DNA of 32,000 nucleotides from Pelagirhabdus alkalitolerans (lineage in GTDB: Bacteria > Bacillota > Bacilli > Bacillales > Amphibacillaceae), in contig NZ_FMYI01000012.1 in the NCBI RefSeq assembly GCF_900096905.1, positions 15,180 to 47,179 on the forward strand. The letters are read 5' to 3'. Below, piece after piece: positions 23,216 to 32,000 of the stretch. The notes under the pieces are model-generated. The model had not been told where the DNA came from, did no database searches, and saw nothing but the letters and a program-made list of their open reading frames with translations. A program made the translations under genes and the position numbers. Each line of letters opens with the position of its first letter. The stretch's first letter is position 1.

Positions 23216-24619
23216 ATGATGATCAATAAAAATAAATACATATTAATTGTTCTAATCGTTTTCGCTTCGTTTTTCGCTTTTTCAAACTCGACTCATGCGC
23301 AAAGCATTGATGAATTAGAAGCTGAACTTAACGCTTTGGAAGAAGAGAGAGAAAGCATTAACGAAGACGCTAGTGATGCTGAAGAGAAAATTGCTGAGAA
23401 TGAAGAACGACAACGCGAAGTTGAAAGTAAAATTGAAGATATCGATGAAGATTTAGAAATAACAGAGGATAGTTTAGAAGAAAAAGAGAATGAGATTAAT
23501 TTAACAACAGAAGAAATATCACGAATTGAGCTTTCAATTTCAGAAACTGAAGAGGAGATCGATGAAACAGAAAATGAAATTGAAGAACTTAATGATGATA
23601 TTGATTACTTAATGGATCGTATAGAAGAACGTGATGAATTGATTAAAGAACGTTTGCGATCAATGCAGCATAATGGTGGTAATATCAACTACTTAGAAGT
23701 TTTATTTGGCTCACAAAGCTTTGGTGATTTCGTTAATCGTATTTCAGCTGTTACTCGTATAATGGAATCAGACCGAAGTATCTTGGACGCTCAAGAGAAA
23801 GATAGAATTGAACTAGAAGATAAGCGTGCGTCAGTAGAAGGTAAAAAAGAACAGTTGGTTGCAGACAAGCAAAAATTAGATGATGACCAACAAGAACTTG
23901 AAAATCAACGAGCAACTTTAGTTGCACAAGAACAAGAATTGTCAAATTTACATGCTCAATTAAACGAACAGCGTGATGAACAATCAGATTTAATGGTTGT
24001 CTTAGAAGATGAGCATGAAGAATTGGAAGAATTAACGATGTCTATGGAAGAAGAGAAGCAGACATTACAAGACCAAGAACGCATCATAGCTCAAATGATT
24101 GAAGAAGAAGAGCAAAGACAAGCTGAACAGTTAGCAGATGAAGAAAATCAAAATGGAAGTGGAGATAGTAATGCAGGTCCATCAAGTCCACCTAGTAATG
24201 GTGGAGGAGATGGTACGTTCATTTGGCCTTCCGAAGGATCATTACTCACTGAAAGATCCTATTATGGTCCTAGAATTCACCCGATTTCTAATGAAGAATC
24301 ATTCCATTATGGGATTGATTTGTCAAACCCTACTGGTACACCGATATACGCATCAGCTTCTGGTGTTGTAACTCGTGCCAATTATTCACCTTCATACGGA
24401 AATGTTATTTATATTTATCATCCTGAACTGAATAAATCAACCGTATATGCGCACTTACATACCATGGGCGTTAGTTTAGGTTCAAATGTGAATCAGGGTC
24501 AACAAATTGCTACAATGGGAAGCACTGGACAATCAACAGGTCCGCATTTGCACTTTGAAATTCATGAAGGACAATGGTCTCACAGAGGTGGAATAGATCC
24601 AATCCCGTACTTGCCATAG
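23216..24619 (+). CDS. Secreted coiled-coil M23 (LytM) peptidoglycan metalloendopeptidase; likely FtsEX-coupled hydrolase
   Basis: Signal peptide ending THAQ. About 280 aa of acidic heptad-rich sequence is interrupted by a NYLEVLFGSQSFGDFVNRISAV segment. A G/S/P linker follows, then an M23 domain with HYGID and HLHFE metal ligands. Confidence 0.87.
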   Translation: MMINKNKYILIVLIVFASFFAFSNSTHAQSIDELEAELNALEEERESINEDASDAEEKIAENEERQREVESKIEDIDEDLEITEDSLEEKENEINLTTEEISRIELSISETEEEIDETENEIEELNDDIDYLMDRIEERDELIKERLRSMQHNGGNINYLEVLFGSQSFGDFVNRISAVTRIMESDRSILDAQEKDRIELEDKRASVEGKKEQLVADKQKLDDDQQELENQRATLVAQEQELSNLHAQLNEQRDEQSDLMVVLEDEHEELEELTMSMEEEKQTLQDQERIIAQMIEEEEQRQAEQLADEENQNGSGDSNAGPSSPPSNGGGDGTFIWPSEGSLLTERSYYGPRIHPISNEESFHYGIDLSNPTGTPIYASASGVVTRANYSPSYGNVIYIYHPELNKSTVYAHLHTMGVSLGSNVNQGQQIATMGSTGQSTGPHLHFEIHEGQWSHRGGIDPIPYLP

Positions 24620-24645
24620 AATAGTATTAATTGATTAAATGAATT

Positions 24646-24678
24646 AAGGCATTGCACATGTGTTGCAGTGCCTTTTTG
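24646..24678 (+). terminator. Intrinsic terminator after the M23 gene
   Basis: aaggcattgca ... tgcagtgcctt followed by tttgtt. Confidence 0.65.
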
Positions 24679-24732
24679 TTAACTTTTTGTGATACACTAT
24701 AGAAATAAAGTTTATTTGTGAGGTGGAGCTAG

Positions 24733-26211
24733 TTGCATATTAAAAAAAGCGTTTTAATCATACTCTTTATGACAGCCCTTTTACTCGGTGGAATTAGTAC
24801 TTTAGTTACTGTGAGTGTTGTAACAGATGGGTCACTTAATCAAACTACACAAGAACCGGTAGATGGTGATATGTCACAAGAAGAATATGAGGCAATGCTA
24901 GATGATATAACAGAAGCGGTGTCACTACCAAAAGTTGTTCAAGCTTTTAATATTATTCAGGAAAACTACATTGAAGATATTGAACAAGAGGCATTAATTG
25001 AAGGTGCTGTTCGCGGGATGTTAAATACATTAGGGGATCCGTATAGTGAGTATATGGATGAAGATACGATGGCACAATTTGATGAACAAATAGAATCGTC
25101 ATTTGAAGGTATTGGTGCTGAAGTCAGTATGGTTGATGGAAAAGTGACGATTATTTCACCAATTCAAGACTCACCAGCAGAAAGTGTAGGACTTAGACCG
25201 AATGATCAAGTCATTACAATTGATGGTGAGAGTATTGAAGGACTTGATTTAACAGAAGCGGTATCTAAAATTCGTGGTGAAAAAGGCACAGAGGTTGTAA
25301 TAGAGATTGAACGTGCAGGTGTGTCTGATTTATTAGAGTTTGAAATTACACGTGATACTATTCCGTTAGAAACTGTTTATGCTGAAACAGAAGAAGTTAA
25401 CGGACAAACAGTCGGCATGATTCAAATCACATCATTCGCAGAACAAACAGGGAGTCGTTTCCAAGAGGAGTTAGAATCACTAGAGTCAGATGATATTGAT
25501 GGTTTGATCATTGATGTACGTAATAATCCTGGTGGTTTACTGCCGGTTATTGAAGATATTTTAAAATTATTTATTACGAGTGATCAACCCTATATGCAAA
25601 TTGAAGATGGAGAAGGGAATGCTGAACCTTATTACTCTGATCTTGAGGAAGAAAAAGATTATCCAGTTTCTGTTTTAATTGATGAAGGAAGTGCCTCCGC
25701 TTCTGAAATATTGGCAATTGCCTTGAACGAAGCCATTGATGCAGAAATTGTTGGGAAAAACAGCTTTGGAAAAGGAACTGTTCAACAAACTGTGCCCATG
25801 GGAGACGGTAGTTCCATAAAAATTACGATTCTAGATTGGCTTTCTCCCGAAGGGAATTCTATCCATGAAGTCGGTGTAGAACCTACCATTGAAGTCGATC
25901 AACCTGATTATTATTACGTGAATCCTATTCAATTAGAAGAAACACTTTCATTTGATGATAATAATGAGCAAATTGAATTTGCTCAGATTATGTTAGACGG
26001 ATTAGGTTATTCAGTTGATCGCCAAGACGGTTATTTTGATGGTTCAACTGTTGAAGCATTGGAAGCATTTCAATCTGAAAATGAAATTGATGTCACCGGT
26101 GAACTTAACCAAGACACAGCTGAAGTATTACAGACGCAAATCATTGAACAAATGCAAGCGAATCAAGATGACCTGCAACGAGAAGCCGCAAAAGAGTCAT
26201 TATTTGATTAA
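24733..26211 (+). CDS. S41 carboxy-terminal processing protease (CtpA/CtpB type) with PDZ and a C-terminal peptidoglycan-binding domain
   Basis: TTG start after GAGGTGGAG. N-terminal TM segment. PDZ region (GIGAEVSMVDGKVTIISPIQDSPAESVGLRPND). Catalytic region (DVRNNPGGL, GSASASEILA, and K in SFGKGTVQ). PG_binding_1-like tail (GYFDGSTVEALEAFQSENEIDVTGELN). Confidence 0.88.
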   Translation: MHIKKSVLIILFMTALLLGGISTLVTVSVVTDGSLNQTTQEPVDGDMSQEEYEAMLDDITEAVSLPKVVQAFNIIQENYIEDIEQEALIEGAVRGMLNTLGDPYSEYMDEDTMAQFDEQIESSFEGIGAEVSMVDGKVTIISPIQDSPAESVGLRPNDQVITIDGESIEGLDLTEAVSKIRGEKGTEVVIEIERAGVSDLLEFEITRDTIPLETVYAETEEVNGQTVGMIQITSFAEQTGSRFQEELESLESDDIDGLIIDVRNNPGGLLPVIEDILKLFITSDQPYMQIEDGEGNAEPYYSDLEEEKDYPVSVLIDEGSASASEILAIALNEAIDAEIVGKNSFGKGTVQQTVPMGDGSSIKITILDWLSPEGNSIHEVGVEPTIEVDQPDYYYVNPIQLEETLSFDDNNEQIEFAQIMLDGLGYSVDRQDGYFDGSTVEALEAFQSENEIDVTGELNQDTAEVLQTQIIEQMQANQDDLQREAAKESLFD

Positions 26212-26215
26212 AGAG

Positions 26216-26264
26216 GAGCTAAAAGGTTACACAGATGTGTATGCCTTTTAGCTCTTTATTTTTG
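26216..26264 (+). terminator. Intrinsic terminator after the Ctp protease gene
   Basis: gagctaaaagg ... ccttttagctc followed by tttatttttg. Confidence 0.75.
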
Positions 26265-26402
26265 TTGAAAATAGTGATAAAAAAGCTTTTTTTATAAAAA
26301 TTTGATGAAAGTCACGATTTGTCATTAATCTATGCTATAGTAAAAAAAGGAACTTAAATGCAACAGCTTTTACATAGTATGTGAGATGACGGAGGGTAAG
26401 AA

Positions 26403-27578
26403 ATGGAATTATGGTTAGTGGAGATTGCAAAGGCATTTATGCGTTTTTTGGCAAACCCTTTACTTTATTGGTTTTTAATCATTGCGCTTCTTGCTTCAAC
26501 AAGTCGTATTAAATATGAACGTCGACAATTCGGACAGAAAATTTTCCCGATTCTGGATGAAGTGTATGGGTATCGGAGAAAGAGTATGGTTTTTGGTCTC
26601 ATATTATCGCTCCTATTGTTACTTCTTGGTGTTGTACTCGAGCCACTTATGTTAATAGGCTTAGTGATCGTTACTATTTTGTTATCAATATCGAGACGAT
26701 TCACATGGCTCTCAACAGCTTATACATTTGGAATTACAGCTATTATTTTGTTATTTTTACCTTTATATGAGTCATGGTTACCAACATTTTTACAAGTCGA
26801 AATTTCAACCTTATCGTGGGTTAGCTTTACGGTGATTATGGGCTTGTTTTTAATCTTTGAAGCATTTATTAGTGGGCGAATCATTCAGGATCAGACTTTC
26901 CCTGAATTATTTAAAAGCCCTAGAGGGAAAACAATCGGACAACATCGTTTTAAAAAGATTATGATCATTCCAACACTTATGATTTGGCCTATAGGTGGTC
27001 TTGAATTAAACATCGATTGGTGGCCAGTTCTTGAATGGCAAGGTGAACAATTTGGCTTAATTATATTCCCGTTTATAATAGGCATTGAGCATGTTTTCAA
27101 AAGCGCTCTTCCCCAAAAGATGATGAAACGAATGAGTCACTATTTACTGCTACTAGGTTTAGTTGTAGTAGCTATTAGCTTAGTAGGTTATTTTGTAGAG
27201 ATTGCAGTTATTATGGGTGTCGCTGTCGCCTTAATTGGTCGGGAGTGGATCACGTACCGATTTAGACGACAAGACAGTCAAGGGGAACCATTTTTCAATC
27301 CGATTAATAACGGTATTAAAGTTTTGGCAGTATTGCCCGAATCACCTGCTGTGGATATGGGATTAGGAGTAGGTGACCGGATCACAAAAGTGAATGGGTT
27401 AGCTGTGTCAGGTGTAAATGACTTTTATCAAGCTTTACAAGAAAACCGTGCATTTTGCAAATTAGATGTGCTAGACGAACGTGGAGAGGTTCGGTTTGTT
27501 CAAAGAGCGCTTTATCAAAATGAACATCATGAACTAGGTGTTATTTTCTCCGTTAGCCATGATGAACGAGTAGGCTGA
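26403..27578 (+). CDS. minJ: Polytopic membrane protein with a C-terminal PDZ domain, MinJ-like
   Basis: About 7 TM segments followed by a PDZ domain (LAVLPESPAVDMGLGVGDRITKVNGLAV). Size (391 aa), N-terminal pattern and position after ctp all match B. subtilis MinJ (YvjD). Confidence 0.7.
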   Translation: MELWLVEIAKAFMRFLANPLLYWFLIIALLASTSRIKYERRQFGQKIFPILDEVYGYRRKSMVFGLILSLLLLLLGVVLEPLMLIGLVIVTILLSISRRFTWLSTAYTFGITAIILLFLPLYESWLPTFLQVEISTLSWVSFTVIMGLFLIFEAFISGRIIQDQTFPELFKSPRGKTIGQHRFKKIMIIPTLMIWPIGGLELNIDWWPVLEWQGEQFGLIIFPFIIGIEHVFKSALPQKMMKRMSHYLLLLGLVVVAISLVGYFVEIAVIMGVAVALIGREWITYRFRRQDSQGEPFFNPINNGIKVLAVLPESPAVDMGLGVGDRITKVNGLAVSGVNDFYQALQENRAFCKLDVLDERGEVRFVQRALYQNEHHELGVIFSVSHDERVG

Positions 27579-27591
27579 TTTGAAATACGAC

Positions 27592-27631
27592 AAAAGGTGC
27601 GATTATTTCCTAGGAAATAATCGCACCTTTT
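27592..27631. terminator. Bidirectional terminator between minJ and the convergent SNF2 gene
   Basis: Perfect 19-bp stem: aaaaggtgcgattatttcc, loop ta, ggaaataatcgcacctttt. Confidence 0.85.
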
Positions 27632-30600
27632 TTATTCATCAATGTTTAATTGAATTAATTCTTTTAATTCATCTTTTGAAAGAGAGGAGAGTAGTGTTTC
27701 TCCAGGCTCTAATATTTCATCAACGAGCTCTCGTTTTTTTTGCTGTAAATTAAAAATTTTCTCCTCGATCGTTCCTTCTGTAATTAATCGAATCACTTCG
27801 ACTTTGTTTTGTTGACCGATTCGATGGGCACGGCCGGCTGCTTGAGCTTCTACAGCAGGGTTCCACCATAAATCAAATAAAATAACAGTATCAGCGCCAG
27901 TTAAATTCAGGCCTGTGCCACCAGCTTTTAATGAGATTAAGAAGATTTCTTTCTCACCACTATTAAAAGCTTCGGCCATTTGAACCCGTTTTTCAGAGGG
28001 GGTTTGTCCATCGAGATAGAATGAAGAGATGTGATCGTCTTTTAATTGTTGATCAATAATCTGAAGCATACTAGAAAATTGAGAGAAGATGAGCACACGT
28101 CTGTTTTGTTCTCTTAGTTGGTCAATCATTGTCATCAGTAAATTTAATTTTCCGGATTCACCTTCATAATTTTCTACAAACAAGCTAGGGTGACAACAAA
28201 TTTGTCGTAAACGCGTTAAGCCGGCAAGAATTTCTAGCTTTCCTTTTTCAAATTGATCCGATTCGATCACTTCATTTATTTGTTGTTCAATTCGATTTAA
28301 ATAACCAATATAGAGCTGTTTTTGCTCTTTTGTCAGTTCGGCGTATTGTTCAAATTCAATCCTTTCTGGTAAGTCTGGTAATACGTCTGTTTTTAATCGT
28401 CTTAGAATGAAAGGGCGTGTTCTGAGTTTAACGTCATTAATGTCTTCTTTGATGAAGGCTTGTTTTGGTCCAAGAAACCCAGGCGATATCGTTTCAAAAA
28501 TAGACCAAAGTTCATCTAATCGATTTTCAATCGGTGTTCCACTCAAAGCAAATCGCTGTTTGGCAGTAATCTTTCGGGTAGCTTTGGCTGTTTGTGTTAA
28601 ATGATTTTTAATCACTTGTGCTTCATCTAAAATAAACTGGTCAAACAATTGATTTTGATAAAGTTCAATATCCTGTCTCAGTGATGGATATGATGTAATC
28701 CATACATCGGGTAAAGGGTCTTGACTGAGTTTCTTTCGTCTTTCATTTTTGGATCCTGAGATGACATCTGTTGATAATGTTGGCGCAAACTTTTCAAACT
28801 CTTTCTTCCAATTGAAAGTAAGAGATGCTGGTGCAACAATAAGTGCTGGAAGGTGATTCTCTTTTTGTTTTTCGCTTAAAATAAAGCTTATCGCTTGAAC
28901 CGTCTTTCCTAATCCCATTTCATCTGCCAAAATACCGCCCAGGTTATATTTAGCCAAAACATTGAACCATTGATAGCCTGTCATTTGATAATCTCTTAAC
29001 TCGGCATTCAATGATTTAGGAAGTGCATAGTTTACGTGTTCAGGTTGTTGTATATCTTCAACCAGTTGTGAGAAAGCTTCTGTATATTCCGTTTGATCTG
29101 TTAGGACTTGGTTAACTTCAAGACTTCTAGCGCCGTGAAGTGTTAGCTGGTTTCGCTCAATATCTTGTTTTTTAAGTTTTACACGATCCGCTAGTTCTTT
29201 AAATTGTTCAAAGGAATCATCGTCTAACTTTATTAAAGGGCCCTTCTTCGTACGATAAAACTGCTGTTTTTCAATTAATGCTTTTAGTAGTTCGTCTACT
29301 TCATCGTGAGATATACCGTCGATATCAAAATCAATCGAAAGCATGCCTGTTTCGTTATTGACCGATACCGATGATTTCAGTGTCGGTTCTTGATCTAATT
29401 GTAAATTTTCAACACTCTCAGAAAGGTAGACCGTACAATCATTCATTAAACCGGGGAGTACGTCATGAACAAATGTATAGATGGCTTCCACTTGAAAGAG
29501 GTGAAACCGTCCGTGGATCCATTTAAATCCGGCAGACTTTAGTCGGTCTATTAATGCGTTTTCAGTACTTATGTCTCTTTTAACAACAGCATCTGAACCT
29601 GATCGCGTTTGATTAGGGCCAAATCGTTTATCGCCATATACAAAGTCTACTGATGCCGTGAGAGCTTGTTTATTTTCTTCAATGTAGAGTTCAACTTGTA
29701 ATTCATCTGATAAGATCGCTCGACTAGCAGCGTCACTATAGGTTAATTCACCAAGTGTCTCCAATTTAGGCGTAACGAAGCTTAAAAATTGCGTCATATT
29801 ATGGCGCCCAATCTGATATGATTTCTTTTGGCGATAAGGTAAAATATCACGGATTTGTTTTAAACTCTGACTTTGTTCATTTGATAATTTATAAAAGTGA
29901 TTTTGATCAACTAAATAGTGATAATGGGTTAAAAATTGGTAGTCAAACAAGTCACTAAAATCAATTTCAAAATCCCTATTGTCTGATTCATTAATTCGAA
30001 TTGGAATCTGAGGTGACTCAGATTGTAATGTAATCGAAGACCATACTGTCCCGTCTTCTTTTGTTAAATCGAATGATTGATATTGAACAGAATCTAAGAA
30101 TGAATCGATTAAAAAAGGCGGAATTAAAATGTCTCGTTTTGAATACGTTGTGTACTCCCCGCCATATAAATGGGCATGTACAATCGCTTCTTGTAATAAA
30201 CGGATTAACTGTAAGTCAACATTATTAATAACGTGTTGGCTGGGATGGTAATGAAGGTTTTGAGTAATTGAATAGTCGTTTTGATCGATAACAGATTCAA
30301 TAAACTGTTTAATATCTTTTATTATATAGACGTTCGATTCACCTGCTTTTAACGATACGTTATACAAGAGATCTTGCCCTACAGGTTGTTTTGTCTCTTT
30401 TATATGGTAATGAATTAAAAGAGGTGTATCTGCTTTTGTTTTTTTCGCATTATGTGGACTAAACGCTTCGATCATACGTAATGGAAACGGGTCGGTATCT
30501 GTTCGCTTCTCAACAGGATCTTGCTTTTGTGTGTTGGGTTGGCTAATAGCTAGTAATACAGCAGCAATATGCTTACACGTATAATGGGTTTCATATGCTG

Positions 30601-30817
30601 GACAATGGCAGGTTGCCTCTAGGTCATCGTCCTCAAAAACGAATATGCGGACTTGATAGTTTTCGGCTCCCTTTACGGTCGCACTCCATGATTGAATGCT
30701 TGAATTGTAACTTAATTGATTGACGCGCCCCTTGTTGTAATAATCGAGGCCTCTTTTATAAAAACGGGTACCCGTCATTTTAATAATATCTTGTGATTCT
30801 AAATAGATGTAAGACAT
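27632..30817 (-). CDS. SWIM zinc finger / SNF2-associated domain / SNF2-family helicase (YwqA-like)
   Basis: SWIM motif CHCPAYETHYTCKHIAAV. Helicase motifs LADEMGLGKT, ILDEAQVIKN, SGTPIEN and QAAGRAHRIGQ. I prefer the start at ATG 30817 (MSYIYLES), which follows an AAAGGAG RBS; the ORF-track start at 30853 adds 12 unsupported residues. Confidence 0.9.
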   Translation of the reverse strand: MSYIYLESQDIIKMTGTRFYKRGLDYYNKGRVNQLSYNSSIQSWSATVKGAENYQVRIFVFEDDDLEATCHCPAYETHYTCKHIAAVLLAISQPNTQKQDPVEKRTDTDPFPLRMIEAFSPHNAKKTKADTPLLIHYHIKETKQPVGQDLLYNVSLKAGESNVYIIKDIKQFIESVIDQNDYSITQNLHYHPSQHVINNVDLQLIRLLQEAIVHAHLYGGEYTTYSKRDILIPPFLIDSFLDSVQYQSFDLTKEDGTVWSSITLQSESPQIPIRINESDNRDFEIDFSDLFDYQFLTHYHYLVDQNHFYKLSNEQSQSLKQIRDILPYRQKKSYQIGRHNMTQFLSFVTPKLETLGELTYSDAASRAILSDELQVELYIEENKQALTASVDFVYGDKRFGPNQTRSGSDAVVKRDISTENALIDRLKSAGFKWIHGRFHLFQVEAIYTFVHDVLPGLMNDCTVYLSESVENLQLDQEPTLKSSVSVNNETGMLSIDFDIDGISHDEVDELLKALIEKQQFYRTKKGPLIKLDDDSFEQFKELADRVKLKKQDIERNQLTLHGARSLEVNQVLTDQTEYTEAFSQLVEDIQQPEHVNYALPKSLNAELRDYQMTGYQWFNVLAKYNLGGILADEMGLGKTVQAISFILSEKQKENHLPALIVAPASLTFNWKKEFEKFAPTLSTDVISGSKNERRKKLSQDPLPDVWITSYPSLRQDIELYQNQLFDQFILDEAQVIKNHLTQTAKATRKITAKQRFALSGTPIENRLDELWSIFETISPGFLGPKQAFIKEDINDVKLRTRPFILRRLKTDVLPDLPERIEFEQYAELTKEQKQLYIGYLNRIEQQINEVIESDQFEKGKLEILAGLTRLRQICCHPSLFVENYEGESGKLNLLMTMIDQLREQNRRVLIFSQFSSMLQIIDQQLKDDHISSFYLDGQTPSEKRVQMAEAFNSGEKEIFLISLKAGGTGLNLTGADTVILFDLWWNPAVEAQAAGRAHRIGQQNKVEVIRLITEGTIEEKIFNLQQKKRELVDEILEPGETLLSSLSKDELKELIQLNIDE

Positions 30818-30955
30818 AATGAACTCCTTTTTAAAACAATAAAAGCTTATCATATCATTATAACAAATTTTGTTGACTTAGCACTTATATTTGTGCTACT
30901 TTTCAATAGGAAACATCTAAGCAGATGTTAATTTCGGTAGTGAGAAGGTTAAAAG

Positions 30956-32000
30956 ATGACATTAATAGAAGAAGTGAACGCAAGAAAGACATTTGCTATT
31001 ATTTCACACCCTGACGCAGGGAAAACAACGATGACAGAAAAATTGTTACAATTAGGTGATTTAATTCGAACAACAGGAACAGTAAAAGGTAAAAAGACAG
31101 GTAAGTATGCGACGTCAGATTGGATGGAAATCGAAAAACAACGTGGTATTTCAGTGACATCGAGTGTCATGAACTTTCCTTATAAATCCCATAAAGTGAC
31201 GATTTTAGATACACCAGGCCACGAAGATTTCAGTGAAGATACGTATCGGACGTTAACTGCTGTTGACAGTGTTGTTATGATTATTGATGCAACAAAAGGA
31301 ATTGAAGCCCAAACGATTAAATTGTTTAAAGTTTGTAAAATGCGAGGGATTCCAATTTTTACGTTTATTAATAAATTGGATCGAGAAGGGCGTGAACCAC
31401 TCGAACTTCTCGAACAAATTGAAGAGGTTTTAGATATTGAAACCTATCCTATGAACTGGCCAGTCGGTATGGGGAAACGATTTTTAGGTATTTTTGATCG
31501 TTATCATGAACAGTTTGTCGCTTATAATGGAAATGAGAAAGAGTCGTTTTATGACTATGAATCATTGGAAAACGGAGAGGTGCCGTCGATAACAGAAGAT
31601 GTAACATATCAAGAAACGAAAGATGAACTCGCACTCTTAGATGAAGCAGGGGACCCTTTTACACTTGATCGTGTCTTAAAGGGTGAGCAGACACCTGTCT
31701 TTTTCGGAAGTGCTTTAGCGCCTTTTGGTGTAGAATCATTTTTTGATACATTTGTTGAAATGGCTCCAAGTCCAAAGCCACGACGAACCACTGAAGGATT
31801 GAAAAGACCGGAAAACACTGATTTCTCAGGGTTTATCTTTAAAATTCAAGCGAATATGAATCCACAACATCGTGATCGTGTTGCTTTTTTACGTGTGTGT
31901 TCTGGAAAGTTTGAACGAGGGATGACGGTGAAGTTACCCCGTACGAATAAAACGATTAAACTGAATCAAACACAACAATTTGTTGCCTCATCAAGAGATA
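30956..32000 (+). CDS. prfC: Peptide chain release factor 3 (translational GTPase), 3' end cut by the window edge
   Basis: My own translation gives [31 protein letters not shown] ... [36 protein letters not shown] ... NKLDREG ... [33 protein letters not shown]. The frame is open to nt 32000. It is missing from the ORF track, presumably because no stop lies in the window. Confidence 0.93.
   Translation, partial: MTLIEEVNARKTFAIISHPDAGKTTMTEKLLQLGDLIRTTGTVKGKKTGKYATSDWMEIEKQRGISVTSSVMNFPYKSHKVTILDTPGHEDFSEDTYRTLTAVDSVVMIIDATKGIEAQTIKLFKVCKMRGIPIFTFINKLDREGREPLELLEQIEEVLDIETYPMNWPVGMGKRFLGIFDRYHEQFVAYNGNEKESFYDYESLENGEVPSITEDVTYQETKDELALLDEAGDPFTLDRVLKGEQTPVFFGSALAPFGVESFFDTFVEMAPSPKPRRTTEGLKRPENTDFSGFIFKIQANMNPQHRDRVAFLRVCSGKFERGMTVKLPRTNKTIKLNQTQQFVASSRD

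Noticed and set aside
27632-30817. SNF2 helicase as the core of a phage-defence island (DISARM, Zorya or similar).
   Set aside because: It is a single gene between housekeeping genes, isolated by terminators. There is no adjacent methyltransferase, nuclease, PLD or DUF partner. The architecture matches the common YwqA-type chromosomal protein.
30818-30853. 12-codon N-terminal extension of the SNF2 helicase.
   Set aside because: AAAGGAG is positioned for the internal ATG at 30817, and the extension contains that RBS.
30949-31818. Three minus-strand ORFs (73, 61 and 69 aa).
   Set aside because: All are antisense to the prfC frame, which is continuous and highly recognisable.
1-32000. CRISPR arrays, tRNA or rRNA genes, transposases, integrases and prophage genes.
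   Set aside because: I saw no regularly spaced direct repeats, no cloverleaf-like or rRNA-like segments in the intergenic regions, and no ORF with recombinase or transposase motifs.

Overview
The window looks like chromosomal DNA from a low-GC, flagellated member of the Bacillales. Many secreted proteins are strongly acidic, which suggests a halophile (inference).

The plus-strand backbone reproduces the Bacillus subtilis neighbourhood as I recall it: flaG-fliD-fliS-fliT, hpf, secA-prfB (with the classical +1 frameshift), yvjA, ftsE-ftsX, a Ctp protease and minJ.

Non-syntenic genes interrupt this backbone, mostly on the minus strand:
- a polar amino-acid ABC importer
- a XylR-like ROK regulator
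- upp
- a SWIM-SNF2 helicase
- a 5' fragment of prfC at the right edge (plus strand, absent from the ORF track)

The left 7.6 kb is the least ordinary part. It contains:
- a PAS-GGDEF-HD-GYP protein
- an HssRS-like two-component system
- a GTTCATATT-N2-GTTCATAAA direct repeat immediately downstream of that system
- a tightly packed co-directional cluster: a small ORF, a YugP-type Zn peptidase, a PLD/HKD protein, a stand-alone CarH-type B12-binding protein and a GGDEF cyclase
- a sigmaD-type promoter for the late flagellar operon, directly after the cluster

My best candidate for something undescribed is the B12-binding/diguanylate cyclase pair, and the possibility that the whole cluster is the output of the adjacent two-component system. 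Both ideas are hypotheses.

I found no rRNA, tRNA, CRISPR array, transposase or phage genes.
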